A stretch of 44,413 bases of DNA, filler included, from a candidate division TA06 bacterium SM23_40 (GTDB lineage: Bacteria > LJUI01 > SM1-40): the NCBI GenBank assembly GCA_001303705.1. It is 4 parts of 4 records of this genome, joined end to end, with 100 filler letters (N's around TTAATTAATTAA, not from the genome) between each part and the next. Parts side by side here need not be neighbours in the genome. Positions count along the whole stretch, not along the records: positions 1 to 10,063 come from LJUI01000182.1; positions 10,164 to 24,036 come from LJUI01000060.1; 2 more parts are not named here. The stretch is one strand, 5' to 3'. The notes under the pieces are model-generated. The model was not told the DNA's origin, searched no databases, and saw nothing but the letters and a program-made list of their open reading frames with translations. Both the position numbers and the translations under genes were made by a program. Shown here piece by piece: positions 8,788-18,098 of this stretch; position 1 is the first letter of the stretch, and each line of letters begins with the position of its first letter.

Positions 8788-9042
8788 GTGTCGTTCTTCC
8801 TGAACAATGGGAGGCTCTTTACGAGTTGCTTCCGCACGGAGATTAGTGACATGAACGTTGCGTGGGACATTGTTCAGCAGTCCTGGGTCTGGGACGCGGA
8901 CGCGGACGGCTACTATGAGTGCAGTTCGGCGAACCTTCGCAAGACGGCCGAAGCAACGGGCCGGACTGAAGCCGAGCTGCTGGCAATGGAGGAGCCTGAC
9001 TACGAGGCTCTGGCCCTAGAGCAGTGGTCGATGGAGTCTTGA
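8788..9042 (+). CDS. Phage hypothetical protein (start uncertain, may be ATG 8851)
   Basis: ORF downstream of the promoter, 3 nt from the next gene. Confidence 0.5.
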   Translation: MSFFLNNGRLFTSCFRTEISDMNVAWDIVQQSWVWDADADGYYECSSANLRKTAEATGRTEAELLAMEEPDYEALALEQWSMES

Positions 9043-9045
9043 CCG

Positions 9046-9642
9046 ATGAAACCTGCAATACCCTTTGAGGTTGGAGCAATCCTTACCGACTCACGCTATG
9101 ACCACTACTCGGTGGAGTGCTTCGACAGACGTGGTCGCCAGATCGGCGATGAGTTTCAAACGATGCAAGAGGCGCAACGCTATGCCAACTGCATGACACG
9201 CAATCCCGACATCGTGTCTATCGCTCTGTTCGGCTGGCCACGTCGGGACGGTTCCGACGACTACCCGCAGCCCACTGAGCTGGAACTATGGTACCGTTTA
9301 GCAGAGCTAGACCGAATCAATCAAGAGGTAATCGACGAAGCACGCGAGCTTGAAACGGAACCGTGGCTGATCGAGTATCAGGAAGAAATTGATAACATGC
9401 CACCCTTCCCGTTCCCGCAGATCGACCCCGGAGCCTCACACATCACTCGAAAATGGGAACCGACGGAACGGCAAGACTTGTTTTGTGACTCGTCCGGCTT
9501 CGGGGAGCCAAGCGAACTCGCCTTGACAATCGACCAGTTGAAAGATGAGCTCCAAATCGGACGTGCCTACGCGATCATCGAGCAAGGCCCGTTTCAACTG
9601 TACCTGCGAGAGTACCGGCTACGCAAACGAGCAGCAAGGTAG
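9046..9642 (+). CDS. Phage hypothetical protein (198 aa)
   Basis: The C-terminal motif LFCDSSGFGEPSELALT...YAIIEQGPFQLYL resembles small phage proteins of unknown function. Confidence 0.7.
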   Translation: MKPAIPFEVGAILTDSRYDHYSVECFDRRGRQIGDEFQTMQEAQRYANCMTRNPDIVSIALFGWPRRDGSDDYPQPTELELWYRLAELDRINQEVIDEARELETEPWLIEYQEEIDNMPPFPFPQIDPGASHITRKWEPTERQDLFCDSSGFGEPSELALTIDQLKDELQIGRAYAIIEQGPFQLYLREYRLRKRAAR

Positions 9643-9676
9643 CCTCGAAACCCCAACAGCGGAAACCTCAGAACAG

Positions 9677-9903
9677 AGAGTGACATAGACTTGTCAGGGA
9701 TTGAAGGAGACTAGACTGATGCACATTTATTATGAATGTGGGATTTGTGGCTACTATCACCCTTGGAACTGGAATGGTGATTGTCGGGACGATACAAACC
9801 GCTTCACCTCCGAATGTCTTGACAGAAGACACAGTCCCTTCGGGTATGGAGTCCGTTCGATGGATGACAGGGTTAAGAGTGACATAGACTTGTCAGGGAT
9901 TGA
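9677..9903. repeat. Exact 28-bp direct repeat (9677-9704 and 9876-9903) with palindromic core TGACA-N6-TGTCA
   Basis: agagtgacatagacttgtcagggattga occurs twice, 199 nt apart. Confidence 0.95.
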
Positions 9904-9916
9904 TGGGGATTATTGA
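9719..9916 (+). CDS. Small Cys/His protein (CxxCxxxH...C), possible Zn-binding
   Basis: AAGGAGA RBS at 9704-9710. Sequence begins MHIYYECGICGYYHPWNWNGDCRDD. Confidence 0.7.
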   Translation: MHIYYECGICGYYHPWNWNGDCRDDTNRFTSECLDRRHSPFGYGVRSMDDRVKSDIDLSGIDGDY

Positions 9917-9944
9917 CTCCCCTCCCCACTACCAAGGCTACCCG

Positions 9945-10063
9945 ATGACACCACAAGGACGACACACCGACCCTGTTTGGCTTACGCAACGCCAGCACCG
10001 TTTGCTGTTTGTGCTTGCGGAGAAGCTCGGTCTCCCAATGTCCCGCACGGTTGAAGTCCTCGT
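9945..10063 (+). CDS. Ribbon-helix-helix (CopG-like) DNA-binding protein, truncated by contig end
   Basis: PVWLTQRQHRLLFVLAEKLGLPMSRTVEVL fits the beta-strand, helix, G-x-x-x-S, helix RHH pattern. Confidence 0.55.
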
Positions 10064-10163
10064 NNNNNNNNNNNNNNNNNNNNNNNNNNNNNNNNNNNNN
10101 NNNNNNNTTAATTAATTAANNNNNNNNNNNNNNNNNNNNNNNNNNNNNNNNNNNNNNNNNNNN
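10064..10163. other. Artificial contig linker
   Basis: N44-TTAATTAATTAA-N44, giving stops in all six frames. Confidence 0.99.
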
Positions 10164-10327
10164 AGCTTCAGATTTGCCGGCCGGCAGGGACCACAACTCG
10201 TGTTGGTGAAGAGCTCTCCCAGAACGATCCTCTGTGCAGCCATCGAGCTGGTTGGGACCGCGAAGAGGCTCAGTACAACGATCGCAACGACAGAATTCGC
10301 GTACATCGGCAGTCTTCGAGATGCCAC
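10164..10327 (-). CDS. N-terminus of a secreted Omp28/thioredoxin-like protein (truncated)
   Basis: AAGGAG RBS, GTG 10327 (or ATG 10306), a signal peptide, then RIVLGELFTNTSCGPC (CxxC). Confidence 0.7.
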
Positions 10328-10769
10328 GTTCGAGTTCTCCTTGTTACTGGACCCCACCTCACTGCCCACGAGAAGATGTTTCTTACACAGGGGCACGTGG
10401 GCCGTGTCGTCAGCCCTGTGCGTCGTTCTAGTTGCCTTTGCATTGCACCCAAAATGGACAGTCTGTCAATGAGCATCTCTAGCGGCGAGACGGGTGTGGG
10501 GTAGCGCACTCCGTTCGCGTACTGTCAGGACGCATCATAGACCATGAGTCGTACGCCGGCCTGGCATGACCTCCCGGGCAGGGCACCCAGATGCAGCTTC
10601 CGGAGGCAGAGGACTCTCTAAGCTGGGTCAGCACAGTAGACTACCCGGATCCGTGCTATCGAGAACGTAGTTCTGGCTGAGTTGGCTCATTTTGCGCACC
10701 GTCACGCGGGCGGGGCCGGATTTGTGGAGCCACTGGAGAGCCACAACGGGCACACTACCCAAAATTGCG

Positions 10770-10798
10770 TTGACAAGGCATTCGGGGTATGTTAAATT
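10770..10798 (+). promoter_or_regulatory. Sigma70 promoter of thiC
   Basis: TTGACA-17 nt-TAAATT with extended -10 TG, in an AT-rich patch about 40 nt before the ATG. Confidence 0.7.
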
Positions 10799-10837
10799 TA
10801 TGGTGGTTAATAATATACAGGATATGCGGAGGGAAGG

Positions 10838-12130
10838 ATGGTGCATATAACGACAAGCAAGGGAACGACTTTGGATGTCGTGCGCGCCGTGGCCGAGGCT
10901 GAAGGTGTCGATCTCGTCAAACTCGAGGCTGAAGTAGCAAAGGGAACCGTCGTCATCCTGAGGAATCCCCGCCATAGAAATGTGAAGCCCATCGGTATCG
11001 GTAAGGGGCTCAGAACTAAGATCAACGCGAACATCGGTTCTTCACCGGACAACGCGGATCTCGATCTGGAAGTGGCGAAGTTGCGCGCGGCCATCGAGGC
11101 GGGCGCGGACACGGTCATGGATCTCTCGGTGGGCGGCGACATCGACAAGATACGGCGGGCGATCATCGAAGCCTCCGAGGTCCCAGTAGGGACCGTTCCG
11201 ATCTATCAGGCCGCCGTCGAGGCAGTGCGACAGGGGCGGGCCGCCCCTGAGATGTCGGGCGACGATATGTTCCGGGCGATCGAGAAGCACGGTGAGGATG
11301 GAGTCGACTTCGTCACCGTACACTGCGGCGTGACGAGGGAGAGCGTGGGTCGTCTCAAGCGGGACAAGCGGATCGCTAAGGTGGTCAGTCGGGGCGGGGC
11401 GATCCTCGTAGAGTGGATGGTATTGCACGACCGGGAGAACCCGCTGTACGAGGAATACGATCGGCTCCTGGAGATCGCCAGGAGCTACGATATGACGCTC
11501 AGCCTGGGCGACGGGCTCCGGCCTGGTTCGCTGGCCGACGCGTCAGATCGTTCCCAGATACAGGAATTGCTCGTCATCGGAGAACTCGTCGAACGTGCGC
11601 GGGAGCGCGGGATCCAGGTCATAGTAGAAGGGCCTGGACATGTCCCGCTCGATCAGATAGAAGCGAACGTCTTCCTGGAGAAGCGTGCCTGCCGTGAGGC
11701 ACCATTCTATGTGCTCGGCCCTCTCGTCACCGATGTAGCCTGCGGCCACGATCACATCGCCGGGGCGATCGGCGGCGCGGTGGCGGCCGCGGCAGGGGCG
11801 GATTTTCTGTGCTATGTCACCCCTTCAGAACATCTGCGGCTGCCGACGGTCGACGATGTTCGGGAGGGTGTGGTGGCGTCGCGCATCGCGGCCCATGCGG
11901 GTGATCTGGCGAAAGGTGTTGCTGGTGCCTGGGATCGGGATCTGGAGATGTCCCGTATGCGACGGAAACTCGACTGGGAAGGCATGTTCAGGCTGGCTAT
12001 CGATCCCGACCGCGCGCGGGCGCTGCGCGAGGCCAGCCCGGCGTCGGAGAGCGACGTCTGCACTATGTGCGGAGAATACTGCGCCGTGAAGAAGATGGCA
12101 CCGCTCTTCGAGGACGGGCCCGATCTGTGA
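10838..12130 (+). CDS. thiC: Phosphomethylpyrimidine synthase ThiC (short form; ThiC/Bza family)
   Basis: TKINANIGSS, GADTVMDLS, VSRGGA, SLGDGLRPG, EGPGHVP, FYVLGPLVTD, CYVTPSEHL and CTMCGEYC cluster motif. Confidence 0.92.
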   Translation: MVHITTSKGTTLDVVRAVAEAEGVDLVKLEAEVAKGTVVILRNPRHRNVKPIGIGKGLRTKINANIGSSPDNADLDLEVAKLRAAIEAGADTVMDLSVGGDIDKIRRAIIEASEVPVGTVPIYQAAVEAVRQGRAAPEMSGDDMFRAIEKHGEDGVDFVTVHCGVTRESVGRLKRDKRIAKVVSRGGAILVEWMVLHDRENPLYEEYDRLLEIARSYDMTLSLGDGLRPGSLADASDRSQIQELLVIGELVERARERGIQVIVEGPGHVPLDQIEANVFLEKRACREAPFYVLGPLVTDVACGHDHIAGAIGGAVAAAAGADFLCYVTPSEHLRLPTVDDVREGVVASRIAAHAGDLAKGVAGAWDRDLEMSRMRRKLDWEGMFRLAIDPDRARALREASPASESDVCTMCGEYCAVKKMAPLFEDGPDL

Positions 12131-12250
12131 AGATCCCCAGGTAGCAAGAGCGGCACGGTTCGCCGAGTGGGTCCTTCGTCGTTGTGGTCGCGGGCGATCG
12201 ACAGGAGGGATCCGGAGGGAGACAAACTTACACTTATCGGGGACGGCGAG

Positions 12251-13939
12251 ATGGGTCAGGCAATGACGGAGGGGACTGGCACAAAGGTGCAGGAGGCGCC
12301 AGACGTTCGCGCGCCGCGCGGAACGACTATTTCCTGTAAGGGGTGGCACCAGGAAGCCGCCCTGCGAATGTTGATGAACAACCTCGATGCAGAGGTCGGC
12401 GAGAATCCGGGGGAACTCATAGTCTATGGCGGCTCCGGGAAGGCAGCGCGCAATTGGGAGGCGTACCACGCCATCGTCCGCTCGCTGCGGGAGCTCGGTG
12501 GCGATGAGACGCTCCTGATACAGTCCGGAAAGCCTGTGGGGGTCTTCCGTACCCAGGCCGAAGCACCTCGTGTGCTGATTGCGAACTCGCTCCTCGTCCC
12601 TGCGTGGGCGACCGGAGACCACTTCCGGTACCTGGAGGGGATGGGGCTGATGATGTACGGGCAGATGACCGCTGGCAGCTGGATCTACATCGGGACTCAG
12701 GGCATTCTCCAGGGAACATACGAGACGCTGTCTGCTTGTGCGCGCAAACACTTCGGCGGCTCCCTGAAAGGCAGGTTCGTGCTCACTGCGGGAATGGGTG
12801 GTATGGGTGGGGCGCAGCCCCTTGCGGTGACGATGAACGAGGGGGTATGCATTGACGTCGAGGTCGATCCTGCACGCATCAAGAGACGGCTTGACAGCGG
12901 CTATTGCGAGATGATGGTCGAGAGCCTCGATGAGGCGCTGCGCCTCAAGGATGAGGCGGTCGCCAAGAAGATACCGCGGTCGATCGGTCTGGTGGGGAAT
13001 GCCAGCGAGGTCCATCCTCGTCTCGTAGAGGTGGGGGAAATACCTGATGTGCTCACTGATCAGACGTCCGCACACGATGAGCTGAACGGGTACATTCCCG
13101 GGGGGATGAGTCTGGAGCAGGCGCTCGAACTGCGCGCAAGGGATCCGGAGCAGTACATCGAGCGTGCGTACGAATCGATGGCCCGCCAGATGCGCGCCAT
13201 GCTCGAGATGCAGCAGAAGGGGGCTCGTGCGTTCGATTACGGCAACAACCTGCGCGGACAGGCACAGAAGGGCGGTGTGGCGGAGGCATTCGATATTCCC
13301 GGGTTTGTCCCCGAATATATCAGGCCCCTTTTCTGTTTGGGCAAGGGGCCGTTCCGCTGGGCAGCTCTGTCCGGCGATCCTCAGGATATCGCAAGGACCG
13401 ATGAGGTCGTGCTCAAGGAATTCCCCGAGGACGAGGCCCTGGGCCGGTGGATCCGGCTTGCGAGCGAACGGGTTCGGTATCAGGGGCTTCCCGCCAGGAT
13501 ATGCTGGCTGGGGTATGGAGAGCGGGCTCGGTTCGGTGAATTGATAAATGACATGGTGAAGCGCGGCCAGATAGCGGCTCCCATCGTCATCGGGCGCGAC
13601 CATCTCGACACAGGATCGGTTGCCTCGCCCAATCGTGAGACCGAGGGGATGCTCGACGGGTCGGATGCCGTCGCCGACTGGCCGATTCTGAATGCACTGC
13701 TCAATGCCGTCTCTGGTGCGTCGTGGGTTTCGGTGCACCACGGCGGGGGCGTCGGCATCGGGAACTCGATTCATGCCGGGCAGGTCATCGTGGCGGACGG
13801 CACTGCGGAGATGGCGAGACGGCTCGAGCGAGTCCTGACGAACGATCCGGGAACCGGCATAGCGCGGCACGCCGATGCCGGATATCCTGAAGCTATTGAA
13901 TCAGCGAAGCGCATGGGCGTGAAGATCCCCATGCTCTGA
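12251..13939 (+). CDS. hutU: Urocanate hydratase
   Basis: [62 protein letters not shown]. Start estimated. Confidence 0.97.
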   Translation: MGQAMTEGTGTKVQEAPDVRAPRGTTISCKGWHQEAALRMLMNNLDAEVGENPGELIVYGGSGKAARNWEAYHAIVRSLRELGGDETLLIQSGKPVGVFRTQAEAPRVLIANSLLVPAWATGDHFRYLEGMGLMMYGQMTAGSWIYIGTQGILQGTYETLSACARKHFGGSLKGRFVLTAGMGGMGGAQPLAVTMNEGVCIDVEVDPARIKRRLDSGYCEMMVESLDEALRLKDEAVAKKIPRSIGLVGNASEVHPRLVEVGEIPDVLTDQTSAHDELNGYIPGGMSLEQALELRARDPEQYIERAYESMARQMRAMLEMQQKGARAFDYGNNLRGQAQKGGVAEAFDIPGFVPEYIRPLFCLGKGPFRWAALSGDPQDIARTDEVVLKEFPEDEALGRWIRLASERVRYQGLPARICWLGYGERARFGELINDMVKRGQIAAPIVIGRDHLDTGSVASPNRETEGMLDGSDAVADWPILNALLNAVSGASWVSVHHGGGVGIGNSIHAGQVIVADGTAEMARRLERVLTNDPGTGIARHADAGYPEAIESAKRMGVKIPML

Positions 13940-14292
13940 CCTGCCGTCAGAACCTTCTCTGTATGCATTGACGTCAAGGCACCGCGCCAGCTCCGGCTGC
14001 CGTTCATCAACGCGGCCAGTCGCTCTTGAATAGTGACATCGACGGATCCGAGGGGGAGGATCGGGTCGGCATTCATTCTTCGGCAGCCGGTTCGGGCGCG
14101 ATGCTTGCGGTTGTCAGGTTGCGCGCCCATCGTACACACCAGCGACCCGAATTACCGTCGGCGGAGGGACCGTGTGGGCTACCCTGGGAGGAAGGGAAGA
14201 AGCTCACGCGTCGCCGGTAGGTTGTCACCGTCCGGATCGCCACGGGATGCAGCGCGAAGGAAGTCGGCAGGGTCTCCAGAATGGATAGAGAC

Positions 14293-15678
14293 ATGGCTAA
14301 AGGCAACGTCGAACTGCTAGTGGTTCACGCGAAGCAGCTCCTGACGCTCAGCTCAGACACGGAAGGTCCGCGTACCGGCCGCGATATGGAGTCTCTCGGG
14401 GTCATCGAGGACGGAGCCGTAGCGGTATCCGGTGAGAAGGTCGTGACAGTGGGGCCATCCGAAGTCGTCGTTCGATCGGTGCAGCTGGGGCGGGGCGCGC
14501 GCGTCATCGATGCCACAGACAAAGTGGTGATGCCCGGATTCATCGACTCCCATACCCATATCGTATTTGCCGGATCACGCGAGAAGGAGTTCGATCTCCG
14601 CATGCGCGGGGCGAGCTACCAGGAGATCGCTGATCAGGGGGGCGGGATCCGTGCGACAGTTCGAGCGACGCGGGAGGCCACTGAGGAGGAGCTTTTCGAG
14701 TCGGCATTTGAGCGGCTGGGGCGGATGCTGCGTTGGGGTACGACAACGGTCGAGACGAAGAGCGGATATGGCCTGACGACCGACGATGAACTTGCGATTC
14801 TACAGGTGATTGATGCGCTCGATGGCAATCAGTCCATCGATGTCCTGCCGACATTTCTCGGCGCCCACGAGGTCCCCGATGAATACCGCGATCGACGGGA
14901 GGCATTCATTACGCTCATCATCGAAGAGATGATTCCCTCTGTGGCCGAGGAAGGACTAGCCCGATACTGTGATGTCTTCTGTGAGACCGGTGTCTTCGAT
15001 CGGGCTGAATCGAAGCGGATCCTGGAGGCGGGTCTGCGCCACGGATTACGGCCCAAGATACATGCAGATGAGCTCACCTCGTGTGGAGGTGCGGAGCTGG
15101 CGGCAGAGGTGTCCGCGCTCTCCGCCGATCATCTTATCTATCCCTCAGATGCAGGGATCGCGGCCCTGGCCGACAAGAAGGTTGTAGCCACGCTCCTTCC
15201 CGGCACATCGCTCTTCCTCAGGTCGCCATATGCACCTGCACGGAAACTGATCGAGCAGGGGGTCCCCGTGGCGCTTGCCACCGACCTCAATCCAGGCTCC
15301 TGCACTATCGAGGCGATGCCGATCACTATCGGCCTCGCCTGTCTCGGGCTCGAGATGACACCCGCCGAGGCGATCACCGCGGCGACAGTGAACGGAGCAT
15401 ACGCCCTCGGTCTAGCGGAGGAACTGGGCACTCTGGAGCAGGGGAAGCTCGCCGATCTCGTAGTCCACAATATGAACGACTATCGGCAGCTCCCGTATCG
15501 ATTCTCTACGAATTCCGTGCATGCAGTGGTGAAGCGGGGGAGTGTGGTCGTGGGGGAGAGCAACTGGATGCCTGTGCGCGCGGTCCGGAGGGAATTCGGC
15601 CTGAGGCCAGAGGAGGCGGGGGTCCCCGCCAGAGGCGTCGAGCCGAGGGATCGGGAGGGAGCATTTCCTTCCCTGTGA
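14293..15678 (+). CDS. hutI: Imidazolonepropionase
   Basis: PGFIDSHTH, GGGIRATV, ETKSGYGL, TFLGAH, DVFCE, KIHADEL, SADHL, ALATDLNPGS. Confidence 0.96.
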   Translation: MAKGNVELLVVHAKQLLTLSSDTEGPRTGRDMESLGVIEDGAVAVSGEKVVTVGPSEVVVRSVQLGRGARVIDATDKVVMPGFIDSHTHIVFAGSREKEFDLRMRGASYQEIADQGGGIRATVRATREATEEELFESAFERLGRMLRWGTTTVETKSGYGLTTDDELAILQVIDALDGNQSIDVLPTFLGAHEVPDEYRDRREAFITLIIEEMIPSVAEEGLARYCDVFCETGVFDRAESKRILEAGLRHGLRPKIHADELTSCGGAELAAEVSALSADHLIYPSDAGIAALADKKVVATLLPGTSLFLRSPYAPARKLIEQGVPVALATDLNPGSCTIEAMPITIGLACLGLEMTPAEAITAATVNGAYALGLAEELGTLEQGKLADLVVHNMNDYRQLPYRFSTNSVHAVVKRGSVVVGESNWMPVRAVRREFGLRPEEAGVPARGVEPRDREGAFPSL

Positions 15679-15792
15679 TCGGCCTAGGTGCTCTCGCTCG
15701 GAGGGAAGGTCGGTGCACATGGAGCCCGCGTTGGGAACGCCGGCCGGTTGAGGGTTGCGGTGCATGAGTGACACGAGAGGGGGATTTCTACT

Positions 15793-18084
15793 GTGGAAAG
15801 CGCAGCGTCATTGAGACAGAAGGCGGCGAAGTACGTCCAGGAGGAGAAGTACGACCTGGCGATCGAGGAGTACGAGAAAGTCCTCCAGCTCGAGCCTTCG
15901 GACGCAAGCGTCTACAACCATATGGGCGACATCTATCTCAAGAAGAACGAGAAAGACCAGGCGATTGACGAGTACTATCGGGCGGTCGATGTCTATGTGA
16001 AGGAGGCCTACTACACCAACGCTATCGCTGTATGCAAAAAGATACTCCGCTGCGATCGAGATCGAGCCGATGTCTACGAGCAGCTCGGCCATCTCTATGC
16101 CAAACAGGGGTTGGTCGGCGAGGCGATCACCAACCTGATGGAGTTCGCCGACCGGCAGATGAAACAGGACAATATGGACGGTGTGCTTCAGGCCTACCGC
16201 ACGATGGTCGAGCTCACTCCTGAGAACATAGATGCACGAAAGCAATTGGTCGAGATGTATCTCTCCCAGGAGCAGGTTGATGAGGCGGTGAAGGAGCTGA
16301 GTGAGATCGCAGACCGGCTTCGAGAGCAGGGGAAGGACAGTGAGGTCCAGGCAATCGTTGAGAGGATCGAGTCGATTGCTCCCGGTGCCGGGGCGGCTGT
16401 CGCTGCCGGCGAGGCGCCCCCGGAGGTGACGCCTCCGGAGGCTGAGGTTGTGGCCGCGAGGGCCGAGCTCGGGGCCGGTGTGGAGGTCGCTGCACCGGAG
16501 GAAGAGCGGGCGCCGGAGATGGTGATTCCCGGAGAAGAGGAGGAGGCTCCAGCTGAGGCAGTTCCCTCTGAGGCAGCGGTCGCGCCGGAGGCGGTAGAGG
16601 TCGGTGCTCCCGAGGCTCGGGCAGAGCCAGAGGTGCTGCCGGGGGAGGCAGTGGTCGAGTTGCCAGAGGCGCCTGTGGGAGCTGAGGAACTGGCGGCGGG
16701 CGTGGTAGAGGAGCTGGCGACTGTGGAGGAGGGGGCGCCGGCGGCAGTCAGGCCGAGGATACCCGAAGCAGCCGATATCGAGGACTGGGGGGAGTGCGTG
16801 GAGATGGGTGACCTGCTCCTCGAGATCGGATCGGTCGATGAGGCAATAGACTACTTTTATCGCGCTGCGACAGGGTATTACGATGAGGGATCGTTCGAAG
16901 AGTCATGGCGCCTGTTCAGTAAGCTCGCCGAGCTCCGCCCCTTCGAGCTTCGCCCGCGTCAGAAGCTCGTGGAGATCGCGGTAGCGAACGAGGATGCTGA
17001 GGCGATGGTGATGGCCTATCTGGATCTCGGTGAGTGCCTGATGAGGCGGGGAGCTACTGAAGAGGCGGAGTCGATCTACAAGCGGGTGATTGAGATCGAT
17101 CCCCGTAGTGAGGAGGCAATCGAGCGTCTCTCGGTCCTCGTCCCGGACGAGAGGTTTGTGCCTCCTGAGGCTGTTCCCAGGCCCGAGGCGGTTCCCGTGG
17201 CCGAGGCCGCCGGTCCGCCTGAGGCGATTGCACCTGAGGTGTTGGCACCCGAGGCTCCGCCTGAGGCAGCCGTACCCGCCGGGGCTGAGGCGCGGCCCGA
17301 GGCTGCACCGCCGCCTGAGGCGGAACCGGAGACGGCTGTGCCTCCTTCCATGGAGGAGTTCGTCGATCTGGGCAAGGCCCTTCAGCAGGAGCTCGCAGGC
17401 GAGATCGCGAAAGCCGACACCGGTGAGGCCAGGATTGAGATGAGTGACGAAGAGGGCATGCTTACGCTGGAGCAGATGATCGAGGAATTCAAGGGAGGCG
17501 TGTGGCAGCATATTGACGAAGGGGACTATGCGAGCCATTATGATCTTGGCATCGCATACCGCGAGATGGGCCTGGTTAACGAGGCGATCTCGGAATTTCA
17601 GATCGCGAGCCGCGGCAAGGCGGAGGCGATCAAGTCATTCGAGATGCTCGGTACGTGCTTCATCGACAAGGGAGAGATCGAGATCGCCATCCGTCAATTT
17701 GAGCGAGGGCTCGTGGTCGAGGGGCATCGGGAGGACGAGTACATCGGGCTCCACTATCACCTCGGTCGCGCGTACGAGCTTCAGGGCAAACTCGAGGATG
17801 CCCTGAGTCATTACGAGAACACCTACGTAATAGACATCGGGTTCGCTGACGTTGCGGAGAAGGTGGCGACCCTGCGTGAGGCAGTGAGTCAGGGTCGAGC
17901 GCGGGCTTCTGCGGAGGGGACCGAAGGGCCTCAGCCAGGTGCGGAGCCCGGGGCGGGGGCGGAGGAATCGGGCGAGCCTGCTGCGGGCGAGCCGGGCGAC
18001 GTGACGTCGCGGGAGGAAGGACGTCCGGGAGAAAGGGGGGACGACACAGACAAGCCCAAGAAGGATCGGATCTCGTACGTATGA
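15793..18084 (+). CDS. Multi-TPR protein with Pro/Glu/Ala-rich linkers (SgmX-like architecture)
   Basis: Three TPR blocks separated by low-complexity PEA linkers. C-terminal block DYASHYDLGIAYREMGLVNEAISEFQ. Confidence 0.8.
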   Translation: MESAASLRQKAAKYVQEEKYDLAIEEYEKVLQLEPSDASVYNHMGDIYLKKNEKDQAIDEYYRAVDVYVKEAYYTNAIAVCKKILRCDRDRADVYEQLGHLYAKQGLVGEAITNLMEFADRQMKQDNMDGVLQAYRTMVELTPENIDARKQLVEMYLSQEQVDEAVKELSEIADRLREQGKDSEVQAIVERIESIAPGAGAAVAAGEAPPEVTPPEAEVVAARAELGAGVEVAAPEEERAPEMVIPGEEEEAPAEAVPSEAAVAPEAVEVGAPEARAEPEVLPGEAVVELPEAPVGAEELAAGVVEELATVEEGAPAAVRPRIPEAADIEDWGECVEMGDLLLEIGSVDEAIDYFYRAATGYYDEGSFEESWRLFSKLAELRPFELRPRQKLVEIAVANEDAEAMVMAYLDLGECLMRRGATEEAESIYKRVIEIDPRSEEAIERLSVLVPDERFVPPEAVPRPEAVPVAEAAGPPEAIAPEVLAPEAPPEAAVPAGAEARPEAAPPPEAEPETAVPPSMEEFVDLGKALQQELAGEIAKADTGEARIEMSDEEGMLTLEQMIEEFKGGVWQHIDEGDYASHYDLGIAYREMGLVNEAISEFQIASRGKAEAIKSFEMLGTCFIDKGEIEIAIRQFERGLVVEGHREDEYIGLHYHLGRAYELQGKLEDALSHYENTYVIDIGFADVAEKVATLREAVSQGRARASAEGTEGPQPGAEPGAGAEESGEPAAGEPGDVTSREEGRPGERGDDTDKPKKDRISYV

Positions 18085-18098
18085 TAGACGAGTAGGAG

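Larger units (their letters stand above)
1..10063. mobile_element. Phage-derived contig (tailed phage or prophage fragment; no integration boundary visible)
   Basis: Tail-collar and tail-fibre-like genes with overlapping start/stop codons, a RuvC-like resolvase, dense small hypothetical ORFs and no cellular housekeeping genes. Bounded by the window edge and an artificial linker. Confidence 0.88.

Noticed and set aside
9677..9903. CRISPR mini-array interpretation of the 28-bp repeats
   Set aside because: Only two copies, the 171-nt intervening segment is a gene with an RBS, and there are no cas genes.
10164..10327. Possible selenoprotein (UxxC) in the Omp28-like protein
   Set aside because: The codons are TGT and TGC (CGPC), with no in-frame TGA.
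11825..13870. 681-aa minus-strand ORF and many other long antisense ORFs
   Set aside because: Shadows of GC3-biased genuine genes (thiC, hutU and others) with no recognisable motifs.
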